64,000 nucleotides of DNA, from positions 1,922,001-1,986,000 of the forward strand of contig CM060732.1 in assembly GCA_030704615.1 (NCBI GenBank), read 5' to 3'. The notes under the pieces were generated by a model, which saw only the letters and a list, made by a program, of their open reading frames with translations, made no database searches and was not told where the DNA came from. This document shows, piece by piece, positions 1 to 13,354 of the stretch. A program made the translations under genes and the position numbers. The DNA comes from Takakia lepidozioides. Lineage: Eukaryota > Plantae > Bryophyta. Position 1 is the stretch's first letter. The number at the start of each line of letters is the position of its first letter.

Positions 1-934
1 CTTCTTCTATGTCATCCACAAAGATTCTGGCCCCAACACCACGTCTTCTACCACGGCCGTCGATGGGTGGACTCCGAGTGCCATGAACGGTCATGCTTGT
101 TGCGAGTGCCTCCGCATAGACAGGTAGCACGCAAGACCGTGGAGGACTGGAAAGAAGTCCAAATAGGTATGATAGCCCTGGAGGCCAAGTGGAAGCACGC
201 GGACTCCTGCACATGTCGACAAAAACCCATTCAAAACACAATATGCAATACACAAGTCCAACGAAGAGGATGTTTGCCATGTGAACTTTGCCTCAAGGAC
301 AGTGATTCTCGATATTGAAACAACAATGCAAGCATCCACAGGTTGAACTTACTCACAGGCAAAGTCGGAGTCCAGCTCCTTGTCGGAAGTCTCCTCTGTA
401 TCAATATTAGCGGGACGGGGCTTCGGAAGGACTTGAGAAGTGTGTCCACCCAAACCCATCAGGAGGTTCTTGTAAATCTCAGCATTCCCTTCAATCCCAA
501 AGAGATGTCGCGCACTGGCCTTGCAAGCGTGGTACGAAGCACCTGCAGTGGAATAGAATGAAGGACTGTAACCGCTGTGACTGGATTTTAGATTTAATTT
601 CCTTCCATGGATTTTCCACTCTGGACTGTCCACTAGGATAGCACATGTGACATGGATTTCGCTTTTCGGTACTTTTAAAGGGTTCTGTTACCCTTTCCCC
701 GTATGCATTAATGGGCCCATAATAAGTTAATGTGTCGGGTAGGTACTTTGACGGCCAATTTTGTCTTTTTCCTTGATGACAGTCGCCTTTGCAATCCATG
801 TCCGGCTGTGTGTCTCGCCCTGGCGTCCACGTGTCCATTTCTACACGTGCCTTTGTCCACTTTTCCGCTGGCCACTCTCCGGATGTTTACCCACGTCCAT
901 CTGTCACTGATCCTATGGATTGTGTAACCCTAAT

Positions 935-1118
935 AGGCTGTGTTGTGCTGTGACAGGCTGTGTAATACTGTGGTACGCTGTGATAGGCTGTGACATGTTG
1001 TGATGGGCTGTGATAGGCTGTGTTGCGCCGTGCTGGGCTGTGATATGTTGTGTCGCGCCGTGCTGGGCTGTGATAGGCTGTGTCGCGCTGTGCTGGGCTG
1101 TGATAGGCTGTGTCGCGC
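935..1118. repeat. GGCTGTG-rich minisatellite (~30-bp units) just 3' of pol in copy A
   Basis: Repeated GGCTGTGATAGGCTGTGTCGCGCCGTGCTG-like units. The same array occurs at ~21436-21628 in copy B. Confidence 0.9.
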
Positions 1119-1171
1119 TTGTACTGCCCGCCCTGGTCATATACGCTCGGCCTAGCAACAAGTGCTCCATA

Positions 1172-4100
1172 CTATGTTGGTATCACTGGCGCAGCCCGTG
1201 ACTGCTTTTGCGTTTCAACATGCAAATCATGCTGCAATGGTTTGTCATGGATACCACTGTACCCCTTCAACTTATTGGCATTGACTCTTCCCAGTATCTC
1301 TTTGTTAATGGTTTGTAACATGGCGGTGTTATTATCATACATCTTCTGTATGACATAAGGTCCTTTCCATGGTGATTTAAGCTTAGAAGCTTTAATCTTT
1401 CCCTTCTTTCGCAACCAGAGAACTAAATCTCCCGTCTTAAAAGTCTTTATCTTGCCTTCATCAAACTGTTCCTTTCTCTTCATCTGAATTCTGGTCATGT
1501 TATCAGCTGCATCAGCACGTACTTCTTCCACATGGTATAATTCATGTTTCCTGACCTTAATCGAATATTGCAATTCCATTCTCTTTCCCCATTCCGTTCT
1601 CATGGTAGGTAACAGGAATTCCACTGGAAGTAAAGCTTCCATACCATAAACTAATTGGAATGGTGTATACTTAGTGGTGACTTTATATGAAGTCCTGTAT
1701 GACCACAAAGCTGTCAGCAGCTTTGTATCCCAATCCGTTCTGTTTGCATTGACTATCTTAGCCAAGATAGTACATAGTATTTTGTTGGTAGCCTCTGCCT
1801 GCCCATTACCCTGTGGGTAGTATGTTGTACTCTTCCTATGCACAATCATGAACTCTTTAGTCAATAATTCAATGGTCTCATTAATGAAGTGACTTCCTTG
1901 ATCACTGATAAATTCCAAGGGACAACCAAATCGTGTAAGTATGTTCTCATACAGGAACCTTGCTGTGGACTTGGCTGTGTTGTCCCTCAAAGCTTTAGCT
2001 TCCACCCACTTCGTAGTATAATCAGTGGCTGTACTTATGTACATGTTCTGTGTATTCTTGGCTGGTGGGTTAATTGGTCCAACAAAGTCTAGTCCCCATT
2101 TCTGAAATGGTTCCGTAGGCATTGTAGGATGCAAAGCCATCTTCCCAGATCTCTGCAAAGGTCCTAGCCTCTGACATTCATCACAACTCTGACAATACTT
2201 GTGTACATCTTTGAACAAAGTAGGCCACCAGTAACCTGCATGTAGTATCTTCCTACTGGTAATCTCTTCTCCAAAATGACCTCCAGCCACTCCTTTATGA
2301 ACTTCCTCCAAAACTTTATTAACTTCATGGTGGTATAAGCATCGCTTCAGCACTCCATCTGGTCCTAGCTTATACATTCTGCTCCCTACCATAGTGTAAG
2401 GTAGAGCCTTGATAACAATTCTCTTTCTCTGCTCCTTTCCATAACTTGGTGGGCACTGACCATGAGCAAGGTAGTATCTGATTGGCCACTGCCAATCTAA
2501 CCAGTCATCTGCACTTCCCTGCACCTTCACTGCAAATAGACTCGCATCTGGTAATTGATCATCTACTCCCGTGGCTGGTTCTCCTGTTGATAACCGTGAC
2601 AAGTGATCCGCCACAAGATGCAGTCTCCCAGGCTTGTAAACAACCTTGAACTCAAACTCGTGCAAGATTATCAACCATCTTGTTATTCTTCCGCTTATCA
2701 GAGGTTTGTTTACCAGGTATATCAGAGCCTGGTGATCCACATAGAACACAAACTTCTTGCCCAACAGGTAATGCCTGAATTTCTTCACTGCATAGATCAT
2801 TGCCAATGCTTCTCTTTCCGTTGTGCTATAATTTCTTTCGGCATTGTTCATCAATCGGCTAGCATAGTACACAGGTGAATCTATCCTTCCTGTAACATTT
2901 TGGGCTAACACTGCTCCTAGTGCTTCTCCAGAAGCATCACAGTGAACATGAGATATTTCCTGCCAGTGAGGATTAATCAGCACAGGTGTAGTTGTTACTG
3001 ACAATGTAAGTTCCTCAAAAGCCTGTTGACATTCAGTTGTCCATGTAAACACTGCATCTTTCTTCAGAAGTTTGCTCAATGGTGCTGCTATCTGTGCATA
3101 CCGTCTGACAAATCTTATGTAATAACTGGTTTGCCCAAGGAATCTCCTTAGACTCTTAACATTCACTGGTGGTGGAGAGGCTTTAATGGCCTCTGTTTTC
3201 CTGGGATCCACAACAAGTCCCCTCTTACACATAATGTGTCCCAGAAGTACCCCTGAGTTCACACAGAACGTACACTTTTCTGGATTCAGGCCCAGACCTC
3301 TCATCCTGCATCTGGCCAGACATAACTCCAATTTATGCAAGTGCTCATTCTTAGAGCTGTACACACTGAAATCATCCAAGAACACCTGCATGAAATCATC
3401 CAGATACTCATGAAAAGATTCACTTATCACTCTCTGAAAGGTTGCTGGTGCATTACAAAGTCCAAAGGGCATGACTTTGTATGCATAAGCACCCCAGTCT
3501 GTGATGAAAGCTGTCTTTCCTTGGTCTTCTTCTGCCACTTGCACTTGATTATAACCACTGAAGCCATCCATGAATGAGTACATCTCATGGCCGGCCACAG
3601 TGTCCAATACTGCTCTTGTGAATGGCAAAGGGAAAGGATCTTTCTTCGTACAAGCATTCAGCTTCTTGTAGTTCACACAAACTCTTAGTTTACCATTCTT
3701 CTTGGGAACTATCACAATGGGTGACAACCAAGTTGTATACTCTATCGGGTATATAAACTTAGCCTCAGCCAACTTCTTGATCTCTTCTCCAACCTTCTGT
3801 GCATAGTTGGGATTCATTCTGTACCTTGCCTGCTTGATTGGTACTGATCCTGGTTCCAGTTCAATCTTATGCTGACAGATCTCAGGTGGTATCCCTTTTA
3901 GATCCTCGTAGCTCCAAGCAAATACATCTCTGTATTTGATGAACAAACTCTTAGCTTCTTCAAAGAATTCTGGCTCCAAATCAGCTCCTACCTTCACCAT
4001 CCTTGGTTCCTCTTTAGTTCCCACATTCACTTCCCTCACCTGCTCATCAGCTGTGATTGTCCAACCAGTCACCACTTCATCCTGTAAACTCACAGTGGCT

Positions 4101-7100
4101 GGTTCCTCTAGGATTTCCATTTCTCCTTCTCTTTCTTCATAGAAATGTGATGGGTAACTGCTGGTTTCCTCTTTAATTGGTGTTGCTGACACTACACCAC
4201 AGTAGATACCTTTTAACCAACTTAGGCCTTCCAGCCGCATCTCTGCAACCTGCTCCCACTCTGGGTGTGCAGCAAATAGGGTAGCTTCTTGCTCCTCATC
4301 CAGTCCTCCTCTCCAGTCATACTCTCTGACCCCTCGAGGTCTTCTCGTAGCAGGTAATCTACTAGATTTCTTAGTGGTAATTTGTATCTCGTGCATCCCA
4401 TTATGCACGGTTAGAAACTGAGAATTCCAGTCATGGAATACCCTGGCCTGTTTCAGCCACGGACGTCCCAATAATAAGGAGTAAGCCTCCATGACTTCAT
4501 CCATCTTCAACACAGTTACTGTGATCATAAAGATCATCTTTTGTATTTGTATCTTAACTCCTCTTATCAATCCCAATAGCTGTACACTCCTTTGATCTGC
4601 CATTGTTACTGTAAATGGGGCTGGTTTCATGTTACTTAGACCAAGCTTCTTTCTTAATTGGTCTGTCATGATATTTACTCCAAAGCCTCCATCTATCAGT
4701 ACATCAGTTAGTTCTGTGCTTCCAATTCTCAATCGGATTACTGGCATAGAATCATCAAAGTCCATGACTGTTTCTCGCCCTTCCGGCTTCACATTATAAC
4801 TGGTCACCTTGCTGTTCAGGTCTGTGTTTCCTATCTCCTGGGCAATTCGATTGATTGCTTGATACAGCCAGTGTCTACAATAAGGTGCCACAGCCAATAG
4901 CTGTCCAATGGTAATCTCTGCTTTGGTCTGGCATATTACTTCAGCCAAAGTCCCTTCATTACTGTGCATGTCTGCAGCTTCTTTCTTCCTTTCATCCTCA
5001 CTCACTTCTTCTTCTCCATCAGAATCAGAGGAATCTACCACAGGAATATCAGTACTCTTCTGCATTTCCCTTATGGTATCTGCCACTTCCTTGTGCAGTT
5101 CCTTCTCATCTCTCCAAGCCTCATCATCTTCAGGCATATCACTGCCACCTTCATTATCATCATCTTCCTCAACTACTGGAGGTATTAGTTTGGCTTTGCT
5201 TCTCGTAACTATCATTGTACTTACTTCTGGTACAACACATGGCCTAACCATGTGAGCTTCCACCACTGGGCCCTCATTCACAGGAGCTCTCATCTCATTC
5301 TGGTGTGTAATCCAGAATGAACAGGCTGCCTTGCGATGTCCTGGCTGATTAAAATAGTAACACAGTTCTTCCCCATTAGGTCCGCGCCCTTGGTCTGTTC
5401 TGGAATTGTTTCTGTAATCCTGATTCCCTGGCTGGTAATTCCCCCTTGGATTACCCTGATAGTTGCCTCTGGAATTTCCTTGGTAATTCCCTCTTGAATT
5501 ACCTCTCCCTTCCATGCCATTGTTATAACCACCAGGCCTACTATAGTGGTCCTGATCATTGTTTCTTCTTGGCTGGGGCTGCACTTGATGCACCCTTACT
5601 TGCCTAGGTTCTCTTGCAGCTGTCCTTTTGTTGTAGTAACAATTCTCAGTAGAATAGTTATCCATTTTACAGATAGTACAGTGTTTCTCCTTCATGTGGC
5701 ATTCAGTGGTGGTATGGTCTTCATTTTGGCACTTTGCACACCAAACACCCTTCCTCCAATGTGTTGCAGCCTCTGTGGCATAATTCTTCAAAATTTCTTC
5801 TAATTTTTTCTCATAGTTATCCCTCTTCAACTTCTCCTTTATCTTACTCTTCCTTTTTGGTTCTTGCTCTTCTTCTTCATCTGACTCATCCTCAGAGTCC
5901 TCATCATCCCTTTTCTCTCTCCTGAGCATTCCCAATTGCTCAATTCTATTTGCAGTTTCAAATGCCTCCTCCACTGTATTATGGGGTAACATATCCACTT
6001 TCTTTTGCAACTCTGGTCTTAGTCCATTCTCAAACCAAGTCTTCTGTAAACCTGGTGCTGGTACAGCAGCCAGCTTTTTCATCATCAATTCCATCTTTTC
6101 CATATACTCCTCAACAGTTTCATGCTTCTTTTGCTTTAACTGTTGTAAACTTCCATACACTTCATCCTCAATTTTACTTGTCCTGAACCTATTTCGGAAT
6201 GTTGTATTCAAGCCATTCCAGGTTAGGAAATGATTATCAGGGAATCTTGCATACCATTCACTTGCTTTCTTGATAAGTGAACAAGGAAACAATCTCATCT
6301 TGGCATCATCACCATTCTCATTGTTCACTATACACATGTGCTCAAATTGACTAATGTGTACATCGGGATCCCCTTTTCCTGAATATATTGGAAAAGGTGG
6401 TTTTGCTCGTGTTGGTTGTAACGCCATTTGTGGCCCTACCTTCTGCCCACTGACAGGTGCTGGCACCCTTGCTGGTGCTGGTCCTTCAGGACCTATTGTT
6501 GTTGTGGTGGATCTTCCACCAAGTGGTGGCCCTTGAGCACTCCATGCTATTGGCCCCACGATATTCACAGTATTCCCAGCTCTAGTTGCACTACTTCCCA
6601 CACTCCCTGTCCCCCCAGAGCCAGATCCAGGCAGCCCGCCTGATCCCCCTGAGCCGACACCTTCGTTGGCCTGTGATCCAAGTGCTCCACTTGATCCAGG
6701 TCCAACGGGTTGGGATGTCCTGGTTGTAGTCTCAACCTCAGCTGTTGGGTCTACTTCTTCATACTCTTCCTCTTCCAATTTCTTCTCTCTATTTTCATCC
6801 TCCAAGTTCTGCCCTTGGGTTTCTTCTTCACTCATGTAACTCAACTGCAATGGTGTTGGAGAGTCTGAACTCTCCGTTGGCTCTGCCACATCCTCTCCTC
6901 CTTCTTCACCTTCCGCTTCAGAAACTGGAGTTCCTGCTTTTGGTGTTCCATGCCAACTCTTATCAAAGATTTATGTCAAATCTTTTATCCATGGATGTAC
7001 CTCAGATCTTTCACCTCGTGATTGATCTTCTTCCCGTACCAATTTCCTTAATCTTTCTTGCAAAGAAAAAGAAGGAGTGGCATCCAACTCTAGTTCTTTC

Positions 7101-7258
7101 GGTATGGGTGATGTACTCTCTGATCTTAATGGTGTGAGAGGTCCAGATGATTCCCCTATGTCTATTCCTCTCTCCCAAAGATATGGATAATTAGCTTTCA
7201 GATAGCTTTCTCTTTTTGCTGAATATCTCTGGCGTCTAGCTTCTCTTTCATCACTCAT
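1172..7258 (-). pseudogene. gag-pol polyprotein (~2028 codons) with one premature stop at 6971-6973
   Basis: ORF 6971..7258 (ATG) is in frame with 1172..6889; its TAA corresponds to GAA in copy B. Motifs: gag (PPFPIYSGKGDPDVHI), zinc knuckles (CAKCQNEDHTTTEC), protease LIDGG, RT FMDGFSGYNQ/VFLDDF, RNase H HCDAS, integrase H2C2, WGLDFVGP, SDQGSHF, NGQAEATNK, WKGPY. Confidence 0.93.
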
Positions 7259-7279
7259 GTCCCATGTCTTTCATTTCTT

Positions 7280-7819
7280 TTAATGTGGCAATAACCAAAA
7301 CTCTCTTCTGTAATATCTCTCGTATATGCCTGGGTTTCTTTCAAGCTTCAATGCACCCTTGGCTATACTAGAAGTCTCCATTACCATATAACCATATGGC
7401 AAACAAGTCTGGAAAGCTGTTCTTGGTGTGAGTTTGATCCACAAAATATCCTTTGGAATCCAATTCTTTACTAGTACAAGCTCTTCATGCATATGAGTAT
7501 AAACATTCACCTTTCTTTCCTCCCAGCCTTCAAACTCTACTCGCTTAATGGATAGCAATGCTATCACATAAACCAGTGTTGGTAACCAACGTGCTCTTCC
7601 TCTACAGGCCACCTGATAAATCTTTATCACTCCTTTCTCCAGACCCCATTCAGGGTCAGCATCATGCACTCTTTTAAGAATGTTTTCTTTACAACCGTCT
7701 GGCAATTCCAAGAACCTCTGAAAGAATCGTTTCGACAATCTTTCCTTCTCAGTTTCACAAGGAATTTGATTCACATCAAATTCTTTAATTCTCCAACCAC
7801 CATGATCCCACCAGATGCC
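7280..7819 (-). CDS. Conserved ORF upstream of gag, unknown function (5' truncated here)
   Basis: Open frame with near-identical protein in three copies (7280-7819, 13739-14325, 37777-38365). Confidence 0.55.
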   Translation of the reverse strand, partial: GIWWDHGGWRIKEFDVNQIPCETEKERLSKRFFQRFLELPDGCKENILKRVHDADPEWGLEKGVIKIYQVACRGRARWLPTLVYVIALLSIKRVEFEGWEERKVNVYTHMHEELVLVKNWIPKDILWIKLTPRTAFQTCLPYGYMVMETSSIAKGALKLERNPGIYERYYRREFWLLPH

Positions 7820-7840
7820 AAAAAGGCAATGATAAGGTTA

Positions 7841-8686
7841 GCTCAAACAGTGTGCGCCAACGCACACCGTTTGAGCTGCCAGTTAAGTGATGATTGATCC
7901 TCAAATTCATACCCTATGTGGCCGATTTTCAGATGACAAAGGCAATGACAAGGTGAGCTCAAACAGTGTGCGTTGACGCACACTGTTTGAGCTACCAGGA
8001 ATGTGATGATTGATCCTCAAATACATGCCCTTTGTGGCCATTTCTCAGATGATAAAATAATGAGAAGGTGAGCTCAAACAGTGTGCGTTGACGCACACTG
8101 TTTGAGCTGCCAGGTAAGTGTTCATTGATCATCAAATACATGCCCTTTGTGGCCCATTTTGAGATGAAAAAAATAATGAGAAGGTGGGCTCAAACCGTGT
8201 GCGCCAACGCACACTGTTTGAGTTGCCAGATAAGTGTTCATTGATCCTCAGAGACATTCCCAATGTGGCCGATTTTCAAACCAAAAAGGCAATGATAAGG
8301 TTAGCTCAAACAGTGTGCGCCAACGCACACTGTTTGAGCTGCCATGTAAGTGATGATTGATCCTCAAATACATGCCGTTTGTGGCCGTTTTTCAGATGAA
8401 AAATCAATGAGAAGGTGGGCTCAAACAGTGTGCGCCAACGCACACTGTTTGAGCTTCCAAATAGTGGAGGATTGAACCGGGCATAGTGGCCCTATCTGGC
8501 CGTTTTGCACACCATCAACCAAGTAAAATGTGGGGCTCAAACAGTGTGCGTCAACGCACACTGTTTCAGCTTCCAATTCGTGGTGGATTGAACCTGCCCT
8601 AGTTCCCCAATTTGGCCGTTTCGCACATCAACAAGCCAGCAAAATGGAAGGCTCAAACAGTGTGCGTCAACGCACACTGTTTGAGC
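7841..8686. repeat. Eight copies of a 36-bp palindrome GCTCAAACAGTGTGCG-N4-CGCACACTGTTTGAGC, period 115-116 bp
   Basis: Copies start at 7841, 7957, 8072, 8188, 8304, 8419, 8535 and 8651. The intervening ~80 bp are homologous but more diverged than the palindromes. Confidence 0.95.
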
Positions 8687-8882
8687 TTCTTGTTGCGGTT
8701 GATGCAACCTGGCAGATATGCCGTGTGTAGACTATGTTCATATCAAAATAGAATCTCAACTTGGGTTCACATCAGCAATGAAGCACAAAGGTGGGTTTCA
8801 AAGATTGTACCTTTTTTTTGGTTGCTCCAGAAGACTCCCCAATCGTCGGGGACCCTTTGCGCTTCGGACTGCTCTCCACGCC

Positions 8883-9536
8883 TCACATGTTCTGGAGCAT
8901 CTCCCCCATCCTCTCTTCCACTATTAGGTTCTTCGTGGGGCCAGCATCAACATCATCTTCGGCGTCTGCCTCTCCCTCGGATGCAGTGTCCTCCTCATCT
9001 GTTCTTGGAACTATGGCAGGCTGCTGTTCTTCTCCGGATTCCTGCTCTTCCATCGCCGAACTTTCCTCTTTGACCTCTTCTTCCGCCTTTTCCTCTTCGG
9101 CCACTCTTTCCATCCTCATTCTATATCTGGCTCTATTCCTGTTTCTAGAGCTCATGAAGTATAATGACTTCCTTCTCTTCCTCCTCCAGTGGAAACAAGG
9201 GCTCCCCACGATGCCTCTAGAGCTCTCCAGTTTGACGTTTGCAACAAGGGTTGCTATTGCATGTAACCAAAATCAAAATTGGACATTGTCAACCGTATTT
9301 GGATGCGGGTGTTGTTATTGTGTGCGAACGGAATTCATCCATTTCGGCGTCTTTGTATTATTCAAGAAATAAAGTTCTAGAAAATATGTACATCCGTTGC
9401 ATGTACTTGTGATATATGTCAGATGTACTTCGACGCCTGCCAATATTTGGCGGCCTTCTTGCATTGTTTCAAATTCGGAAGTGTCGTAGAAATCTAATGC
9501 TAGTTCAATTTGGAGCAGTTCTTGCAGATTCGCCAT
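8883..9536 (-). other. Possible small acidic/basic ORF(s) inside MULE copy 1
   Basis: ORFs 8883..9209 (Arg-rich then Glu/Asp-rich) and 9315..9536; no recognisable domain. Confidence 0.25.
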
Positions 9537-10082
9537 AAATGTTGTGCTTCACATATGCATCCACGTGTGTCGTACTGCCTGCCCTATGCTTTGCATTTTG
9601 CCGTCATTGTCGCCATGGGGTCATTCGGTATAAAGGGTTGTGTCGGAAATGATCTTGTGTTGCACACATCCGTGCGAGGTGACTCTTGGAGTGTCAGTGT
9701 TTGTGTTGTGCTCTTCTGGCACGGCACAACCTCATTACATTCGGGGTCTTCCTGTTTACTGCTCTCCAGGGTTGTTGCCGTCTTTCCATAAAGGATGGTT
9801 TCATGTCATGTTCGGGGTTTGTTTTTCATCCAAAAACAGCACGGCTTCTTGTGGCTTCCTGAATTTGAGAATAGTTTTTCTAGTTGGTGTCTCTCAGCGT
9901 GGTTGTCTGCGAAGTTCAGTGCATGTCATTCCTACATCCTTTTGATGCATCGCCCACAACCTTTGGGTTAGTGCTACCCTTGTTGACCTCAATTTTTTTG
10001 TGGTGGATCCCCTTTCGAGAATTGCGGGCTATCAGTTCGGGGATTCCGTGTGAATCAAAAGTTTCGGTCAGCGTAGGAAAAC

Positions 10083-13000
10083 ATGTCCAGGGAGCGAGAT
10101 AGACTAGCCCGATTTCATTCCAATGCAGGTAGTCTTCCACTGACTGCCACTGCAGACGACGATGGGTTTGCAGTTGTTCATGAGGATGAGCTAGTTACAG
10201 TGTTCCCACTGGAATTGGGTTCTCTCCTTGTTCAAAAAGAGGTGTATGACGAGGAAGGGAATTTGGATTCTGGACATTTGGAGAAACCATTGGTTGGCGA
10301 GTGTGGAAGGAAGTGGAGAGTCCTTCCAGGCACATACCGTGTCCTTGGAAAAGAGAGAAGACAATCAGCAAGATCAGTCATTACCCCTGGAACTGCAGCA
10401 TCGGTCGTGCAGCAAAAGGGCACAGTTCATGTGAAACAAGAGGTGAGCACATCCACTACATTCGTGACTCTTTCAGACTCGTCCTCGGAGGATGTTTCTG
10501 AGATTCCTCCGCCAGTGCAGACTCCATTCTTGGATGAATCCGAATTGCAAGAGATAACGAGTGTCATTCCAAAATTGAAAGCCCTCGCAGGGGTGCCTGG
10601 GTGCAAGAGCGAGCTGCGTTTTGTTGATTGGGAGTCCCTTCGTGTGCAGCGGGTTCAATACGTGCTAGCAGAGTTTGATGGGGACATCTTGTTTGAGCTC
10701 AACCCTCCCACGTCTTCCAATGGACTGGCTGGGCTATGTACCAGGTGGCACACCGATGCAAGACAATGACTCGTGCCTGCATTCATATGGGTGCACACAA
10801 GCATCCTGTGTCCAAAGGAAGTTGCAGGGATAGCGTGGACATCGCTAGAAATATGCTGAAGCAGGAGTTCCACAATGCCCCTTGTGCAACACCTTCTGCT
10901 ATAGCGCTTGCAGCTAGCAAGGCTTTCCTGGAAAAACACATACTGGGTGAAGGGGATTCGACACAACCAATGCTGGATGCAGATTCGCTTGATGCAGTGA
11001 TGGACCATTTCTTCGTGTTGAGCTCTCCCAATATTCGAAACCAGGTGAATGCACTCAGAGTCGGCACAGGCACTGCTGGATTCATGGACAACATTATGGA
11101 CCTCAAACGGAGAAGTCGCTATGAATTCATTCAAAATAGTATCTTCCCTGGCCAGGGCTCGTCCAAGGTATATTTGTTCAAGATGTCCGCATTGGGTGAA
11201 GGCAGTGGTGTGAGCATTGTCCGCCGAATGCAACCTGGAGGAGATTTGGCTAAATGTTGGTTGATGTTTGATCACTGCAAACGGGTGAAGGGTTGGACAA
11301 CCATGGCGTGCCATGTGTATGATCCAGTGTACCAGCGTGTGCTCTCAATAGCAATTTGTGATATGCAGTCGGAGGACACTGAATCCCAGATGCTCATGTG
11401 GAATTCGCTCCTGGCCGTCATGCAGCACAATGGAGTACAGAACACAAATTTTGCGGGCTTCATGGCTGATAGTGCACAGGCAAATTTCAATGCAGTGCGG
11501 CGCGTGTTTGGTTCGGGGGATCCTAAGGTCCCAATGGAAAATAGGGAGCGCACATGCCTCTTCCATTGGAGTCAATCTCTGGCACGTCATACAAAGCGCT
11601 GCATTCACCCTGACCTTCAGTTGGAGCACGGAAGGCTCTGTCTCAAGTACAAAAATGCCAACTCAATGGGAGAAGCTGAGAGCACTTACCAAGCAATCCA
11701 GGCTTGGTGGTTCTCCTCTGGTGCTGCTACTGGTATCCACCTGAAGGAGTTGGAGGACTGGTTGGTTTTCTGGCACTTCAGATACAGACAGTGGGGAGCT
11801 TTCATGTCGACGGTAAGCCTCTTGAATCCCAAAATCACAAATTTTGCATCGTGCCTCTTCATTTGGGGTTCTTGGATTGTCGCTTGCAGAACCTCTTCCA
11901 TTTCCTTTCCTTCCTCACATTTCCATGCAATGCCTCCTGCAGGACATGTCCTTGGAGGACTTGGCCGACATGCCATCCTGTAATTTGGTGGAGACTGTTC
12001 ATAACGCCTGGATGCAGCAATCTACCAAAGCAGGTCGTGACTTGTATGTGGCCACTGCTGATGACATGGTGCGGGCACTTACAAAACAAACCAGGTACCG
12101 CAATTTTTTGATGGAACGGGGTGGAGGCAAGGGCCCCGGTACGACTTTGTTGATGCTAAGGGCTACGAGTAGGTCCGGAGACCCATCGAAGATGGCCAGA
12201 GCTCTGAACAGGTGCACTAAAGGCTCCCCTTTGCAATCCAGGCTCCCTCATTTGGAAGGCGAGGAAATATTTGGATCATGCAAAAGGAAATTGAACACTC
12301 TTCCAGGGTCAGATGGAGATTCCCATCGCCCAGATAGGGTCAATTTCTCTGTGCCAAAGGTGTCTCCAGTGCAGACTAAGTCGTGTGCCAGCCCCTTCCC
12401 AGGTGGGTCCTCCTCCTGTGGAGCAGGTGCAGAATATGCAAGCACAGCAGCAGGAATCCCATTGGAGGAGGTGGTGGCCATGGTGCAGGAATCTGATTGC
12501 ATTGATAGTGAGTGGCATATAGAACGCACCCCACCAGGATCTAGAGTTGCTTGCATGGCAATTCGGACTCCCTCTTTCAAGAAATGCAAATAAAAAATAT
12601 GCAAAGGCTCCAGGGGGACTCCAGCTCCAACATTCACAGGGTTATTCCGACCTTATCATAGTGGGGAGTCAAAGGACCACAAGTTCTGGTTCTGCCCAGA
12701 CGATATGGCACGATGCGTCAAGGGAACAATTCGTCCTTCGGTGACAATGAAACCCCCTCCCCTGCAATTTGGCCTGTGAAACTTGGGACGTCGTTGTCAA
12801 CAACCGAGATAAGCATGCTGGAGGAGGGAGGGTTTTGTCTTGCACGATCCCGAGTGGTGCCCTTGCGCACTGTCGGCACAGATGTGCCACATGCTCCGGC
12901 AATGCCTCCACCCGGTGCCGACTCCCACCCAACAAAAAGAGATGGAAAAACAGTGCGCCGTGTCGCTTCGGGTGCAGATCACGAATGCAAGATGGAATCG

Positions 13001-13354
13001 GCTAGAATTTTGCAGGCTCGGGTGGCTCGTATCACCGAAGTCCCTGCCCCAGGGTATGGACGGATTTACATAGTGCTGTCTATTGGCTCAGTTCTTCATG
13101 GCAAAGAATATCAGGTTACCGTGGGGAATTTCCCTACTTGCACTTGTCCGGATTTTGTAACGATGCGTGAGGGCGCTCTCGGCATGAGAGGGAAATGGGT
13201 CCCCTGCAAGCATCAATATTACATATACCTTGTAATTATGTGTTGCGACGGTAAGAGAGACCAATTCATTCACCAAGCCACACTAGGCTACGGAGAAGTC
13301 ATCACCCTTCTGCAGCGGGACACCTCACGTAGGGCTCCGCCAAATTCTCTTTGA
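10083..13354 (+). pseudogene. MULE-type transposase (DDE + C-terminal SWIM), disrupted
   Basis: Motifs WLMFDHCKR, FMADSAQA, CLFH, CNLVETVH and SWIM CTCPDF..PCKH. Phase-0 intron 11813-11942. Deletion/frameshift at ~10735 removes most of the Cys-rich GCM-like region; stop at 12591; frameshift at ~12760. Confidence 0.85.

Larger units (their letters stand above)
1..7819 (-). mobile_element. Ty3/gypsy LTR retrotransposon copy A (non-chromovirus, OTA/Phygy-like); 3' LTR outside the window, 5' end removed at 7819
   Basis: Gag-PR-RT-RH-IN order in ORF 1172..6889, with no chromodomain. Colinear with copy B. Homology to copies A' and B stops abruptly after CCAGATGCC at 7819. Confidence 0.93.

Noticed and set aside
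7841-8686. CRISPR array (36-bp palindromic repeats with spacers)
   Set aside because: The spacers are ~80 bp and homologous to one another, there are no cas genes, and the context is eukaryotic and transposon-internal.
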